DNA from: Alphaproteobacteria bacterium
GTDB lineage: Bacteria; Pseudomonadota; Alphaproteobacteria; Bin95
Direction: 5' to 3'
Assembly: GCA_963665325.3 (NCBI GenBank)
Contig: CAXXWS020000001.1
Location: 32,001 to 96,000 of the forward strand
DNA length: 64,000 nt
The notes below the pieces were generated by a model. The model saw only the letters and a program-made list of their open reading frames with translations. It did not search any database and was not told where the DNA came from. This document shows positions 37,303-47,175 of this stretch, one piece after another. Position 1 is the first letter of the stretch. Every line of letters begins with the position of its first letter. The position numbers and the translations under genes were made by a program.

Positions 37303-39036
37303 ATGAAGACGCGGGAATTCGAAGGCGGCGGCGCGGGGATACGGACCGTTCCCGTCTATCAGGCGTTGGCCGAGGACATCAAGGCGATGGGCGTCGACAC
37401 GGTCTTCGGGCTGATGAGCGATGACACGGCCGCTTTCGCGGTCACGCTGGACGCAATGGGAATCGGCCTGATCGGCGCGCGGCACGAGAATGTCGCCATA
37501 GGCATGGCCGACGGCTATGCGGCCGCAACGGGGCGGCTTGGCGTGGTCTGTGTCGGGCGGGGGCCTGCGCTCGCCAACGGGCTGCAGGCTGCCTCTTTCG
37601 CCGCGCGAACCGGCAATCCCGTTCTCATCATCTATGGCGAGGCGGCGCTGCCGGCTGGCCCGGCGAATGCCTTGGGCCCCGACTACAAGGCGCTCGACGG
37701 GCCGGGCGTGCTGAAGGCGGCCGGGGTCCGCGTGTTCGTACCCACCGGCGCCGCGACCGCCCGCGCCACGCTCGCGGATGCGGCCGCCCTTGCGCGGACC
37801 GGGCAGGCCGTGGCGCTGCTCCTGCCGGTCGATGTGCAGCATGCGGAAATCGCAGTCGAACCGGGCGAAGTGGCTCCGGAGCCGCTGGACGCCGGGCCGG
37901 TCCCCGCGCGTCCGGCGCTTCCGGCGCGCGCTCATGCAATCGCAGCCGCTGCGTCCCTTCTGGATGGGGCGAAGCGGCCGCTCATCCTTGCGGGCCACGG
38001 CGCCTGGAGGTCGGGCGCGCGCGACGCGCTGGTCCGGCTGGCGGAGAAGACCGGCGCGATGCTGTCCACGACGGCCAGGGGCAAGGACATGTTCCGGGGC
38101 CATCCGCTCAACCTCGGCATCATCGGCTCGTTCTCCCATTCCGCTGCGCGGCGCATGGCGGGCGAGTCCGATTGCGTGCTTGCGGTCGGCGCGGGTCTGA
38201 ACATCCTCACCATGAGCTTCGGCGAGTCGCTGCCGGATGCGCCGCTGATCCAGATTGACGCCTCGCGGGTCAGCATCGGCCGCTGGACTACGGCCGATGT
38301 CGCTGTGGTGGGCGACGCCAGGCTGGCTGTCGAACAACTTCTCGAAGCGACGGCGGACAAGCCGGCCGCCGACAAGCCCCAGCACAGCGCCGAGAGCATG
38401 GCCGTCCTCGGCAGCTTCACCATCGCAAACGACTTCCAGCCGGCCAATACGGCGCGCACGATCGACCCGCGCTCGCTTGCCGTCATGCTCGACCGGATGC
38501 TGCCGGAAGCCCGGAATGTCGTTTACGACGCGGGCAATTTCCTTGGTGCCGTGCCCTATCTGTCGGTCCCGGATCCCGGGCATTTCAAGATGACCAACGA
38601 TTTCGCCTCCATCGGGCTGGGGTTCGGCGCGGCGCTCGGCTTCGCCCGGGCGCGTCCGCAGATTCCGACGGTGTTCGTGGTGGGCGACGGCGGCTTCCTG
38701 ATGACCATGGGCGAGCTGGAAACCGTCGTGCGCGAGGACCTGCCACTGGTCATCGTGCTGATGAACGACTGTGCCTACGGCGCGGAACTACATCACCTGA
38801 GACTGCGCCAGCTCCCGGTCGCCAAATCGGTCTTCCCCGATGTCGATTTCGCGCCGGTCGCCGAGGCTTTCGGTTACGACGCCCACACGGTGCGCACGCC
38901 CGACGACCTGAGCGCGCTTGCCTCGTTGCTGGCGGCGCCCGACGGCCCGGTCTTCCTCGATTGCAAGATCAATGCCGACGTCGCCGCGCCGTTTATGAGC
39001 GAGGTCGCGGCGTACGAGGCGAAGCAGCACGCGTAA
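37303..39036 (+). CDS. Thiamine diphosphate-dependent enzyme (acetolactate synthase-like)
   Basis: RHENVAIGMADGYA, GPALAN, ThDP motif GDGGFLMT...LMNDCAYG. Confidence 0.9.
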   Translation: MKTREFEGGGAGIRTVPVYQALAEDIKAMGVDTVFGLMSDDTAAFAVTLDAMGIGLIGARHENVAIGMADGYAAATGRLGVVCVGRGPALANGLQAASFAARTGNPVLIIYGEAALPAGPANALGPDYKALDGPGVLKAAGVRVFVPTGAATARATLADAAALARTGQAVALLLPVDVQHAEIAVEPGEVAPEPLDAGPVPARPALPARAHAIAAAASLLDGAKRPLILAGHGAWRSGARDALVRLAEKTGAMLSTTARGKDMFRGHPLNLGIIGSFSHSAARRMAGESDCVLAVGAGLNILTMSFGESLPDAPLIQIDASRVSIGRWTTADVAVVGDARLAVEQLLEATADKPAADKPQHSAESMAVLGSFTIANDFQPANTARTIDPRSLAVMLDRMLPEARNVVYDAGNFLGAVPYLSVPDPGHFKMTNDFASIGLGFGAALGFARARPQIPTVFVVGDGGFLMTMGELETVVREDLPLVIVLMNDCAYGAELHHLRLRQLPVAKSVFPDVDFAPVAEAFGYDAHTVRTPDDLSALASLLAAPDGPVFLDCKINADVAAPFMSEVAAYEAKQHA

Positions 39037-39336
39037 GGCCGGACGTTCCGGGGCCGCCCGGTTTTGCCTGCGTTGGGCGGCGAGACCGATCTGTGCGCCG
39101 GGCAGGTGCGCCGCGACCGGGCTGCTACCCACGGGAAATTCTCAATGGCCGCTTGCGGCGGGACAGGCGGCCGGAATCCGTGTCGTTCGGCTTGGATATA
39201 GGACGCCGACAAGCGCTAAACCGTAGTGATCCTGTCCGGTTGCTTGCCGGGCTTGTGATCGCCGCGGCATCTCCCATAGCCTGTCATGATCGGACGCCAG
39301 ATGCCGTTCAGGCGGCTTGGCTCGACGGAGGCGAGG

Positions 39337-40650
39337 ATGAAACGCCAACTCCACCTGAACCTGTTCATGTATGCCCGCGGCCACCACGAGGCGGCCTGGC
39401 GGCACCCCAAGGCGACTCAGCACGAATTGCTGGACATAGACCATATCGTCGCCTGCGCGCAGAAGGCCGAGGCGGCGAACATGGATTCGATCTTCCTCGC
39501 CGATACGCTGGGTCTGGCGCCCGACTCGGACCGCACGGCCCGCATGTATCTGGACCCGTTCACCACACTGGCGGCAGTCGCCATGGCGACAAGCCGCATC
39601 GGGCTGATCGGCACGGCTTCGACAACGCACGCGGAGCCCTTCAATATCGCGCGCATGTTCGCCTCCCTGGACCATATCAGCCGGGGGCGGGCCGGTTGGA
39701 ACATCGTCACGTCCTTCTCCATCGCCGGCGCCAACAACTTCGACAGCAGGGGCCGGCGCTCCCATGCCGACCGGTACGAGCGGGCGGACGAGTTCGTGGA
39801 GGTCGCCAAGAAACTCTGGGACAGCTGGGCGGATGACGCCATCCTGGACGACCGCGAGGCCGGCTATTTCTACCGCCACGAGCGGGTAAGGCCCATCGAC
39901 CACCACGGCCCCCACTACGATGTGGCGGGGCCGCTGAACATCCCGCGCGGCCCCCAGGGGTGGCCGGTGCTCGTTCAGGCCGGGTCCTCGGACGCCGGCA
40001 AGAATTTCGCGGCAAGGCACGCCGAGGCGGTTTTCACCGCCCACATGACCAAGGCAACCGCGCAGGAATTCTATATGGACCTGAAGGCGCGAACGGTCGC
40101 CGGCGGACGGCCCGCCGACCAGTGCCTGATCCTGCCCGGCATCAGCATGATCATTGCCGGCACGGAGGTCGACGCCAAACGGATGGAGCGGGAACTCAAC
40201 GAGATGGCCGATGTCGAGACGAGCCTCTCACGCCTCTCCCAGCGCTTCGACGGTCACGACTTCTCGCATATCCCCCTCGACCGCGTGCTCACGGCCGGCG
40301 ATTTCCCCGACCCGGCCGAAAATCAGAGCTCGCGCGGCCGCACGGAGCTGATCGTAGGCGCTGTCGAGCGGGAAAGGCTGACGATGCGACAGCTCCTGGG
40401 AAAGCTGGCCGGCGCGCGTGGGCATTTCGTCATGGCGGGAACGCCCGAGCAGATCGCCGACACCATCGAAGAGTGGCTCGACGACGGCGCGGCCGACGGC
40501 TTCAACGTCATGCCGCTGCTTCTCCCGCATATGCTGGACGTGTTCGCCGACGAGGTCGTGCCGATCCTCAAGCGCCGCGGGCGCTTCCGCACGGAGTATA
40601 CTGGCGCGACGCTGCGCGACCACTACGGCCTGCAGCGGCCTGCTGCATAG
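39337..40650 (+). CDS. NtaA/DmoA/DszA-family FMNH2-dependent (LLM) monooxygenase
   Basis: GHHEAAWRHP, FLAD, ARMFASLDHISRGRAGWNIVTS, PQGWPVLVQAGSS, ADGFNVMP, TLRDHYGL. Confidence 0.92.
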   Translation: MKRQLHLNLFMYARGHHEAAWRHPKATQHELLDIDHIVACAQKAEAANMDSIFLADTLGLAPDSDRTARMYLDPFTTLAAVAMATSRIGLIGTASTTHAEPFNIARMFASLDHISRGRAGWNIVTSFSIAGANNFDSRGRRSHADRYERADEFVEVAKKLWDSWADDAILDDREAGYFYRHERVRPIDHHGPHYDVAGPLNIPRGPQGWPVLVQAGSSDAGKNFAARHAEAVFTAHMTKATAQEFYMDLKARTVAGGRPADQCLILPGISMIIAGTEVDAKRMERELNEMADVETSLSRLSQRFDGHDFSHIPLDRVLTAGDFPDPAENQSSRGRTELIVGAVERERLTMRQLLGKLAGARGHFVMAGTPEQIADTIEEWLDDGAADGFNVMPLLLPHMLDVFADEVVPILKRRGRFRTEYTGATLRDHYGLQRPAA

Positions 40651-40709
40651 CGCACTGGCAATGACGCAAGGCGGCCGCCGGGAGATTTCTCCAAAGAGGA
40701 ACGTTAGAT

Positions 40710-42032
40710 ATGGCAGATGGCATGCGAGCAAATGCAGGCGTGAGCGCGAACGCTGAGGCCGCGCGGTATATCGACGAAGCCATACGCGCGATTACGCTCA
40801 ACTACGGCGACGCCAACGGGTATCTGGCGCAGGCGCGCGAGGCCGATCCCGGCTGCGCGATGGCGGATATCCTCGAAGCCTGGCTTCTGGCGCTGACCAA
40901 GGACGGAGCCCAGCTTGCGCGCGCGCGGGAACTGCTCTCCGGCATCGCCGGGGCCGGGCTGACGAGGCGGGAGACGCAGCATCTGGCGGCGGTGCGCCAT
41001 GCTGCGAACGGCCGATGGCCGTCGGCCGTTGCCGTGCTTGACCGCCACCTGATGGAGGATCCGCACGATCTGGCGGGCCATCAATGCGCCCTTCGTCTCG
41101 ACGGCTATCTCGGCCGCTTCCATCGCGAGGCCGCCCGCGCCGCCCGCGCCCTGCCGTTCTGGTCGAAGGACGACCCCGGCTACGGCATCATGCTGTCGTT
41201 CTACGGTTTCGGCCTGGAGGAACTCGGGGACTTCGCCCGCGCGGAGGACGTCGCCCGCGCCGCAGCAGAGCTCACGCCTTACGGCTACTGGCCGCATCAC
41301 GCTGTCTCCCATGTATTGGAGATGACCGGCCGGCCGGACGAGGGCATCGCCTGGATGGAGGACCGCCTGCCCTACTGGTCCGATCCGAAATGCAACAACC
41401 GGGTCCATATCTGGTGGCACAAGGCGCTGTTCCACATCGAACTCGGCCAGTTCGAGGACGCGCTCGCGCTCTATGACGGCGAAATCCTGCCTGTGATGCG
41501 CGTTGCCGGCACACAACTCTGCAACGCTGCGTCGCTGCTCTGGCGGCTCGAGACGCTCGGTTGCGAGGCGGGCGAGCGCTGGAGCCGGCTGCTTCCGCTC
41601 TGGCAGGGGCTGCTCCCCGGCATGACGAGCCCGTTCAATGAGGTCCATGCCGCAATGACCGCGCTGCGCGCGGGCGACAGGGCCGCCTACGAGGCGGTGC
41701 TCGGCGGCATGAAGCGGACCGCCGCCGCGAACAGCGAGATCGCGCCCGCCTATCGGGACATTTCCATCCCCGCCGCCGAGGCGATGGCCTGCTTCGTCGA
41801 TCACGACTATGCCGGCGCCGTTGACGGTCTCCTCGCGGCCGAAGCCCATCTTTGGCGCATGGGCGGAAGCGTTGCGCAGCGCGATCTCGTGGCGTGGACG
41901 CTCACCGAGGCGGCCATCCGCTCAGGCCGGCGAAATGTTGCGCTGGCGCTCGCCAACGAACGGCTGGCGCTCAGACCCGGGAGCGCTGTGAACGGACACT
42001 TCCTGCAAGAGGCCCGGGCCATCGCCGCCTGA
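40710..42032 (+). CDS. TTC38-like tetratricopeptide repeat protein
   Basis: FGLEELG, WPHHAVSHVLEM, HIWWHKALF, NAASLLWRL, GGSVAQRD. Confidence 0.8.
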   Translation: MADGMRANAGVSANAEAARYIDEAIRAITLNYGDANGYLAQAREADPGCAMADILEAWLLALTKDGAQLARARELLSGIAGAGLTRRETQHLAAVRHAANGRWPSAVAVLDRHLMEDPHDLAGHQCALRLDGYLGRFHREAARAARALPFWSKDDPGYGIMLSFYGFGLEELGDFARAEDVARAAAELTPYGYWPHHAVSHVLEMTGRPDEGIAWMEDRLPYWSDPKCNNRVHIWWHKALFHIELGQFEDALALYDGEILPVMRVAGTQLCNAASLLWRLETLGCEAGERWSRLLPLWQGLLPGMTSPFNEVHAAMTALRAGDRAAYEAVLGGMKRTAAANSEIAPAYRDISIPAAEAMACFVDHDYAGAVDGLLAAEAHLWRMGGSVAQRDLVAWTLTEAAIRSGRRNVALALANERLALRPGSAVNGHFLQEARAIAA

Positions 42033-42301
42033 CGCCCACTGAATGTGCGCCAGCAGACGAAAACCCGTTCAAATGCGGTTCATGGGCGACTATCTGGAGC
42101 GCCATGCAGATGATGTTCCCGAGTGTTGTCAGGCACCGGGTCTTGACCCATCGCGATCCAACCCGATCAATCGCCTAGGGCGCTGATCGGCGTTGAAGCA
42201 GTGCGCTGGGCTGGGGAACGACTGACCATGGGCCTTGGAATGAAGCACCGAGTTCGCGGACCGTGTCCGCAGACCCCTAGCACTTCTGGGAGGAGACAAG
42301 C

Positions 42302-43051
42302 ATGCCGTTTTTCGAAAAAGGCGACGCCCGCATCCGTTACGAGGAGGTCGGCAGCGGCTTTCCGCTTCTGGTTACCCCGGGCGGCGGCCTCAACTCTCGT
42401 ATGAGCAACTGGCCGACAGCGGTCATTAACGCGATGGACGTATTCAAGGACGACTTTCGCTGCATTACGATGGATCAGCGCAACGCCAATGGCGGCGAGA
42501 GTGTGGGGCCGATAGCCGTCGACGATCCGTGGGGCGCCTTCGCGGACGACCAACTCGGCCTGATGGATCACTTGGGCATCCGCGAATTCGCCTTCATGGG
42601 CTACTGTATCGGCGGTTGCTTCGCCGGAACGCTTCTCGACAGAGCCCCCGAGCGCGTCACCGCCGCAATATTCTGCCAGTCTGTGGGCCACCGTCCGGAA
42701 GACCCCGATGTCATGTACCGGTCCGGTCGGGACGGGTGGGCTCCCGAACTGCTCGCAGGGCGCCCCGACCTGACGCAGGACCAGGTCGACAAATATCTGC
42801 ACAATCTGTACCGGGCGAACCCCGACTTTCTCTACAGCGTGTCGCGGGAAGTAATCCGCAACTGCCGGACGCCGATTCTGGTACTACCGGACGACACTCC
42901 GTCTCACCCGCACCAGACCTCGGTGGACGTTGCCTCGCTGGCGCCGAGCGCCGAGATCACGGTCTTTCCGTGGACCTCTCCGCCTGAGCTGAAGGAACGC
43001 ACGATCGGGCGTGTACGCCAATTCATCCACACGCACGGTGCCGCGCCGTAG
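42302..43051 (+). CDS. Alpha/beta hydrolase with a Cys nucleophile elbow
   Basis: IRYEEVGSGFPLL, MDQRN, LMDHLGI, GYCIGG. Confidence 0.85.
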   Translation: MPFFEKGDARIRYEEVGSGFPLLVTPGGGLNSRMSNWPTAVINAMDVFKDDFRCITMDQRNANGGESVGPIAVDDPWGAFADDQLGLMDHLGIREFAFMGYCIGGCFAGTLLDRAPERVTAAIFCQSVGHRPEDPDVMYRSGRDGWAPELLAGRPDLTQDQVDKYLHNLYRANPDFLYSVSREVIRNCRTPILVLPDDTPSHPHQTSVDVASLAPSAEITVFPWTSPPELKERTIGRVRQFIHTHGAAP

Positions 43052-43053
43052 AG

Positions 43054-43686
43054 TCAGCCCTTCAGTCGCTCGGCCGTTTCCGCATCCGCATTCTCCGCTG
43101 CCGTGTAGGACGGCAGCGCCGTCACCCTGTCGAAATAGGCCTGGGCCGCCGCGGGCAGCGTTTCGCTGACCATGCGGCGGTATCCGTGCATGGTGTAGCA
43201 GATGCTCAGATCCGCGGCGCTCATTGCCTCGCCCAGCAGATAGGACCGTCCGGACAGCGCCGCATCGATCGCCGCGACACAGGCCGTCGCCCGGCTCTTC
43301 ATCTCCGCCACGACGGCATCGAGTTCCGGGTCGAACTCACGGCGATGATTGACGATCTCGCCCAGCGGCCGGGCGAAGGTCGCCTCCGCGAACCAGCTCC
43401 ATTGCAGGTAGTGCGCGTAGCCGGGGTCGTCCCGGGACGGCCGCAGCCGGCCGTCGCCATAGCGGTCCAGGATGTATTGCAGCATGGCGCAGGACTCGAA
43501 CATGGTCATGTCGTTATCGGTCATGACCGGCACCTTGCCGACCGGGTTGAGCGCCCGCCATTCCGGCGTGGCGCGATATTCGGCGGCGAAGTCCACCGGC
43601 ACGATCTCGTAGGGGACGGACAGTTCCTCGCACACCCAGATGACGCGAAAGCCACGAGTCTGCGGGGCGTGGTAGATTTTCAGCAT
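43054..43686 (-). CDS. Glutathione S-transferase family protein
   Basis: TRGFRVIWVCEEL, LNPVGKVP, FESCAMLQY, YLLGE.MSAAD. Confidence 0.9.
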   Translation of the reverse strand: MLKIYHAPQTRGFRVIWVCEELSVPYEIVPVDFAAEYRATPEWRALNPVGKVPVMTDNDMTMFESCAMLQYILDRYGDGRLRPSRDDPGYAHYLQWSWFAEATFARPLGEIVNHRREFDPELDAVVAEMKSRATACVAAIDAALSGRSYLLGEAMSAADLSICYTMHGYRRMVSETLPAAAQAYFDRVTALPSYTAAENADAETAERLKG

Positions 43687-43783
43687 GGCGGTGCGCCTTC
43701 GGTCCTGTGCACTTATTATTGCGCATAGTACGACAAACGCATCGCCCTTGGACCGCAGCCTTTAAAACGGGAGAGAGATCGAT

Positions 43784-45010
43784 ATGCAGGAGTTCCCATT
43801 GAATACCGCGCCGGAGGATCTGGAAGACCGGTTCGCGACCGCATTCGGCGGGCAGGTGGCGGTCAAGGGCCCTCTCGCCGCCAGCGGCATGGGCGCGCGC
43901 GTGTCCGGCATCGACCTCAGCCTCCCGTTGCGTCCTGCGCAGGTGGAACTCCTGCTGGATACGCTCAGCCACTGCCGGTTGATGACCCTCGCCGGACAGG
44001 ACCTCGACCGGTTTTCCCTCGCGGCGTTCGAACGCTTCGCGAACCACTGGGGCGCGCCGGTCGCGCATCCCTCGAACTTCCTGCGCGGCGGCAAGCCGGC
44101 GCAGCAGGACGGCGCCAGCGACGGCGCTATCGTGTATCGGCCCTATGCGGACCGGAGGGCTGCCGCCGCCGACGCCACGCTACCCGGAGAAGTCGAGTGC
44201 CTGCCGCACGAGTCGCCGGCGGTGCTCGTTGCGACGAATTTGCTCGGCGATGGCAAGAGTGACGCGCCCACACTGAAGAACGGCGGGTCCTGGCACACCG
44301 ACATCGAATACGAGCCGCTGCCCATCTATGTGTCGATGTTCCTCGTCCATCACGTGCCCGTGGCGCGGGAGGCGCCCAACGGGCAATGGGTCGAGCCGCC
44401 GGCCGATACGGGCCCGGCCCCCTACCACCCCGGCTCCGATGATGAGCTCATGGCGCTCCGCAAGCGCCTGCCGCTGAACGGCGAAACCGCATTTGCCGAT
44501 ACCGCGGCCGCATTTGCCGCACTACCGCCGGAAGAGCAGGCAAGGCTTGAAGCGCTCCGGGTCCGCCGTCGTCTGAACGCAGGCGATGAAGGCTGGCTGA
44601 CGGAACTCGTGCGCACCGACCCACGCTCCGGTGTCAAGTCGCTGCACAGCCCGGTTTGGGCTTCACGGCCGGGAATCCGTCCCCCGATCGAGGTCGACGG
44701 CATAACGCCCGACGCCTCCCGCAGCTTTCTGGACGACCTCGAGAAACACGTCCTGCAGCCGCAATTCCGCTACGACCACCCGCACACGCCGGGCGACGTC
44801 ACCATCTGGAACAACTACATGTCCCTGCACAACTCGCCGCCGATCAAGATCGGAATTGACAAGGCGGACGATGCGCGGTTGCTGTACCGGCTGAGCTGCA
44901 AGGGCGCGCCCGCTGCCGTCCTGCCGCGCGACGACGATCCGGCCTGGATCGAGAGCCACATCACGGCAGGCTACCGCTCGCCGGACTCCATCGTCGGCGC
45001 GGCGCGTTAA
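43784..45010 (+). CDS. TauD/TfdA-family Fe(II)/2-oxoglutarate dioxygenase
   Basis: GARVSGIDL, WHTD, GETAFAD, GDVTIWNN..LH, downstream Arg. Confidence 0.85.
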   Translation: MQEFPLNTAPEDLEDRFATAFGGQVAVKGPLAASGMGARVSGIDLSLPLRPAQVELLLDTLSHCRLMTLAGQDLDRFSLAAFERFANHWGAPVAHPSNFLRGGKPAQQDGASDGAIVYRPYADRRAAAADATLPGEVECLPHESPAVLVATNLLGDGKSDAPTLKNGGSWHTDIEYEPLPIYVSMFLVHHVPVAREAPNGQWVEPPADTGPAPYHPGSDDELMALRKRLPLNGETAFADTAAAFAALPPEEQARLEALRVRRRLNAGDEGWLTELVRTDPRSGVKSLHSPVWASRPGIRPPIEVDGITPDASRSFLDDLEKHVLQPQFRYDHPHTPGDVTIWNNYMSLHNSPPIKIGIDKADDARLLYRLSCKGAPAAVLPRDDDPAWIESHITAGYRSPDSIVGAAR

Positions 45011-45061
45011 ACCGGACCGGGACTCTGTGGACATGGATGTGGACCGGTAACCGGCGCCGGC

Positions 45062-45865
45062 ATGGATACCGGATCGTCGGTTGAGAGTGCGCCACTGTCG
45101 CGCGGCGGCGTCGATATCCGCTTCGACGCCGGCGGCAGCGGGGGGCCTGTGCTGGTCATGCTGCACGGCATCGGCGGCAATGCGGCGGTATGGAACCGAA
45201 TGCTGCCGGTTGTGGAGCGGAATTGGCCAGGGCGCTGGGTCGCCGCCGATTTGCGCGGCCACGGGCGCTCGGCCCACGCGCCGCCCTACGGCTATGCCGT
45301 CTTCGCCGCCGACGTGGCGGGCGTGATCGGCAACCCGGACGATGAACTGGTTTTGCTCGGCCATTCGATGGGCGGCGTCGTGGCGATGGCGCTGGCGACC
45401 GGGTGGTTTGGCGTCAGCGTGCGCCATGTCTTCGCGTTCGGCGTCAAGATCGGCTGGACGGCGGAGGAGGTCGCGCAGATGAAGGGGCTGGCCGCCAGGC
45501 CGGCACGGATCTTCGACAGCCGCGCGGAAGCGGTCGAGCGCTATCTTCGGGTCTCGGGCCTCGCCGGCCTGGTCGACCCCGACGCGCCGGAGGCTCTGGC
45601 CGGCATCGTCGAGGCGAAGGGCGGCTTCCGGCTGGCGGCCGACCGGGGCATCTACGCCGCAGTCGGCCCAGCGGTCGGCGATTTCTACCGGGCTGCGGCG
45701 GCGCCGGTCCGGCTCGCTGCCGGCGAAGCCGACCCGATGGTGTCGCTGGCCGAGATGCAGACGCACGATCCGCAGGCCGCGCTGCTGTCCGGCCTTGGCC
45801 ACAACTGCCATGTCGAGGCGCCGGAGCGGGTCTGGGAGCTGTTCGAAAGGACCCTGGAGGGTTGA
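45062..45865 (+). CDS. Alpha/beta hydrolase
   Basis: LHGIGG, DLRGHGRS, GHSMGG, GH.CHVEAP. Confidence 0.88.
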   Translation: MDTGSSVESAPLSRGGVDIRFDAGGSGGPVLVMLHGIGGNAAVWNRMLPVVERNWPGRWVAADLRGHGRSAHAPPYGYAVFAADVAGVIGNPDDELVLLGHSMGGVVAMALATGWFGVSVRHVFAFGVKIGWTAEEVAQMKGLAARPARIFDSRAEAVERYLRVSGLAGLVDPDAPEALAGIVEAKGGFRLAADRGIYAAVGPAVGDFYRAAAAPVRLAAGEADPMVSLAEMQTHDPQAALLSGLGHNCHVEAPERVWELFERTLEG

Positions 45866-45914
45866 CCCGCATTTCCCAACCGGGGGTCATGGTCTACCCG
45901 GTGCTGTCGGGCGG

Positions 45915-47015
45915 TCAGCCTTCGTAGAGGTTCCTGGCGACAACATCTTCGTTCCAGTCCAGGCCCACCCCGGGCACATCCGGAATGTGCACATGGCTGT
46001 CCCTGATCTCATAGGGAGTTTGCAGGATCGGATCGGCCCAATCCTGCCACTCCAGCCAATGCGCGGTTTCGGTCGCCCGCATCGCATGGGCGCCAACCTC
46101 GGGATAGAGGTGCGTTGACATCGGGACACCGGCCGCGCCGGCAATGGCTGCCGCGCGCATCCATCCGGTTACGCCGCCGATGCGCATGAAATCCGGCATC
46201 GCATAGTCGCAGGCCCCGGCGCGCAATGCCTTGTGCAAGTCGCGCGGCCCGTAGAAATTCTCGCCGATCTGCAACGGTGTCTTCAGCTCCCGGGCGAGTT
46301 GGGCGTATCCGTCGAAATTGTCGTAGACAACCGGCTCTTCCAACCAGGTCAGACCGAGATCGTCGAGCATGTGGCACCGGCGCAATGCTTCCGCCATGTC
46401 CAGGCCCTGGTTGAAATCGATCATCAGGTGCATGTCTTCGCCAACGGTCCGGCGAACCGCATCGACCGTGGCGAGGTCGTCCCTGGGATCGTCCCGGCCG
46501 AGACGCAGTTTCAAACCATCGAACTGCCCTTCGTCGCGGATCTCGATGGCCTCGGCGGCAACTTCAGACGGAGATTTCAGCCAGAGCCCATTGCTGTTGT
46601 ATGCGCGCACCGGACCGGGCGAACCGCCGAGCAATGTGCACAGCGGCATGCCGGCGGCTTTGGCCAGGGCGTCCCAGGCTGCCATGTCGATGCCTGAAAC
46701 GGCGATCATTGCCATGCCTTCGTAACCGACGAAGTGCAGCGACTTTCGCGCGGTTTCGTAGATTTCGGCCGGCGCCAGCCTTTGGCCCTTGAGCATTGCC
46801 CCCATGTCGCGCAGGGCCGGCACGAGGTAGTTCATCGACTTGACGATATAGGGCTCCAGATAGGTGCGCCCGACGATCCCTTCATCGGTCTTCAGATCGA
46901 TCAGGATAAGCGGCCAATCCGCAATGGTTGCGATTCTGGCGATTACGGGGCGCTTCAGCTTAAGAATCACGGCGCGCACATCGACGCTGTGGAAGGTCAG
47001 TGTTTCGGGCGCCAT
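45915..47015 (-). CDS. Mandelate racemase-like enolase superfamily enzyme
   Basis: GIDMAAWDALAK, metal ligands in DFNQ, WLEEP, GEN; MSTHL; PGVG. Confidence 0.88.
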   Translation of the reverse strand: MAPETLTFHSVDVRAVILKLKRPVIARIATIADWPLILIDLKTDEGIVGRTYLEPYIVKSMNYLVPALRDMGAMLKGQRLAPAEIYETARKSLHFVGYEGMAMIAVSGIDMAAWDALAKAAGMPLCTLLGGSPGPVRAYNSNGLWLKSPSEVAAEAIEIRDEGQFDGLKLRLGRDDPRDDLATVDAVRRTVGEDMHLMIDFNQGLDMAEALRRCHMLDDLGLTWLEEPVVYDNFDGYAQLARELKTPLQIGENFYGPRDLHKALRAGACDYAMPDFMRIGGVTGWMRAAAIAGAAGVPMSTHLYPEVGAHAMRATETAHWLEWQDWADPILQTPYEIRDSHVHIPDVPGVGLDWNEDVVARNLYEG

Positions 47016-47175
47016 CTATCGGGACTCCATCAGTGTTGCGGGGGCTCTCGGCACAGGACGCTCAATATGTCATGCCCGTGGCCGACTTCTTCGCCCGTGT
47101 AAAGAGGAATCGCCGGATTCCGGTGGGTCCAGGATGGGTTAGGATATGCGTTGGATTGGACCGGAGGGCGCGGCG

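Noticed and set aside
35317-38583. 1088-aa minus-strand ORF, and similar long ORFs such as 15691-17640, 60478-63084, 4519-6075 and 21043-22560
   Set aside because: Antisense shadows of well-supported genes in high-GC DNA; Arg/Gly/Ala-rich with no motifs.
47016-47175. Guanidine riboswitch upstream of the DUF1989 gene
   Set aside because: No recognisable ykkC or mini-ykkC motif by eye, and no guanidine carboxylase or exporter nearby; an Rfam scan would settle it.
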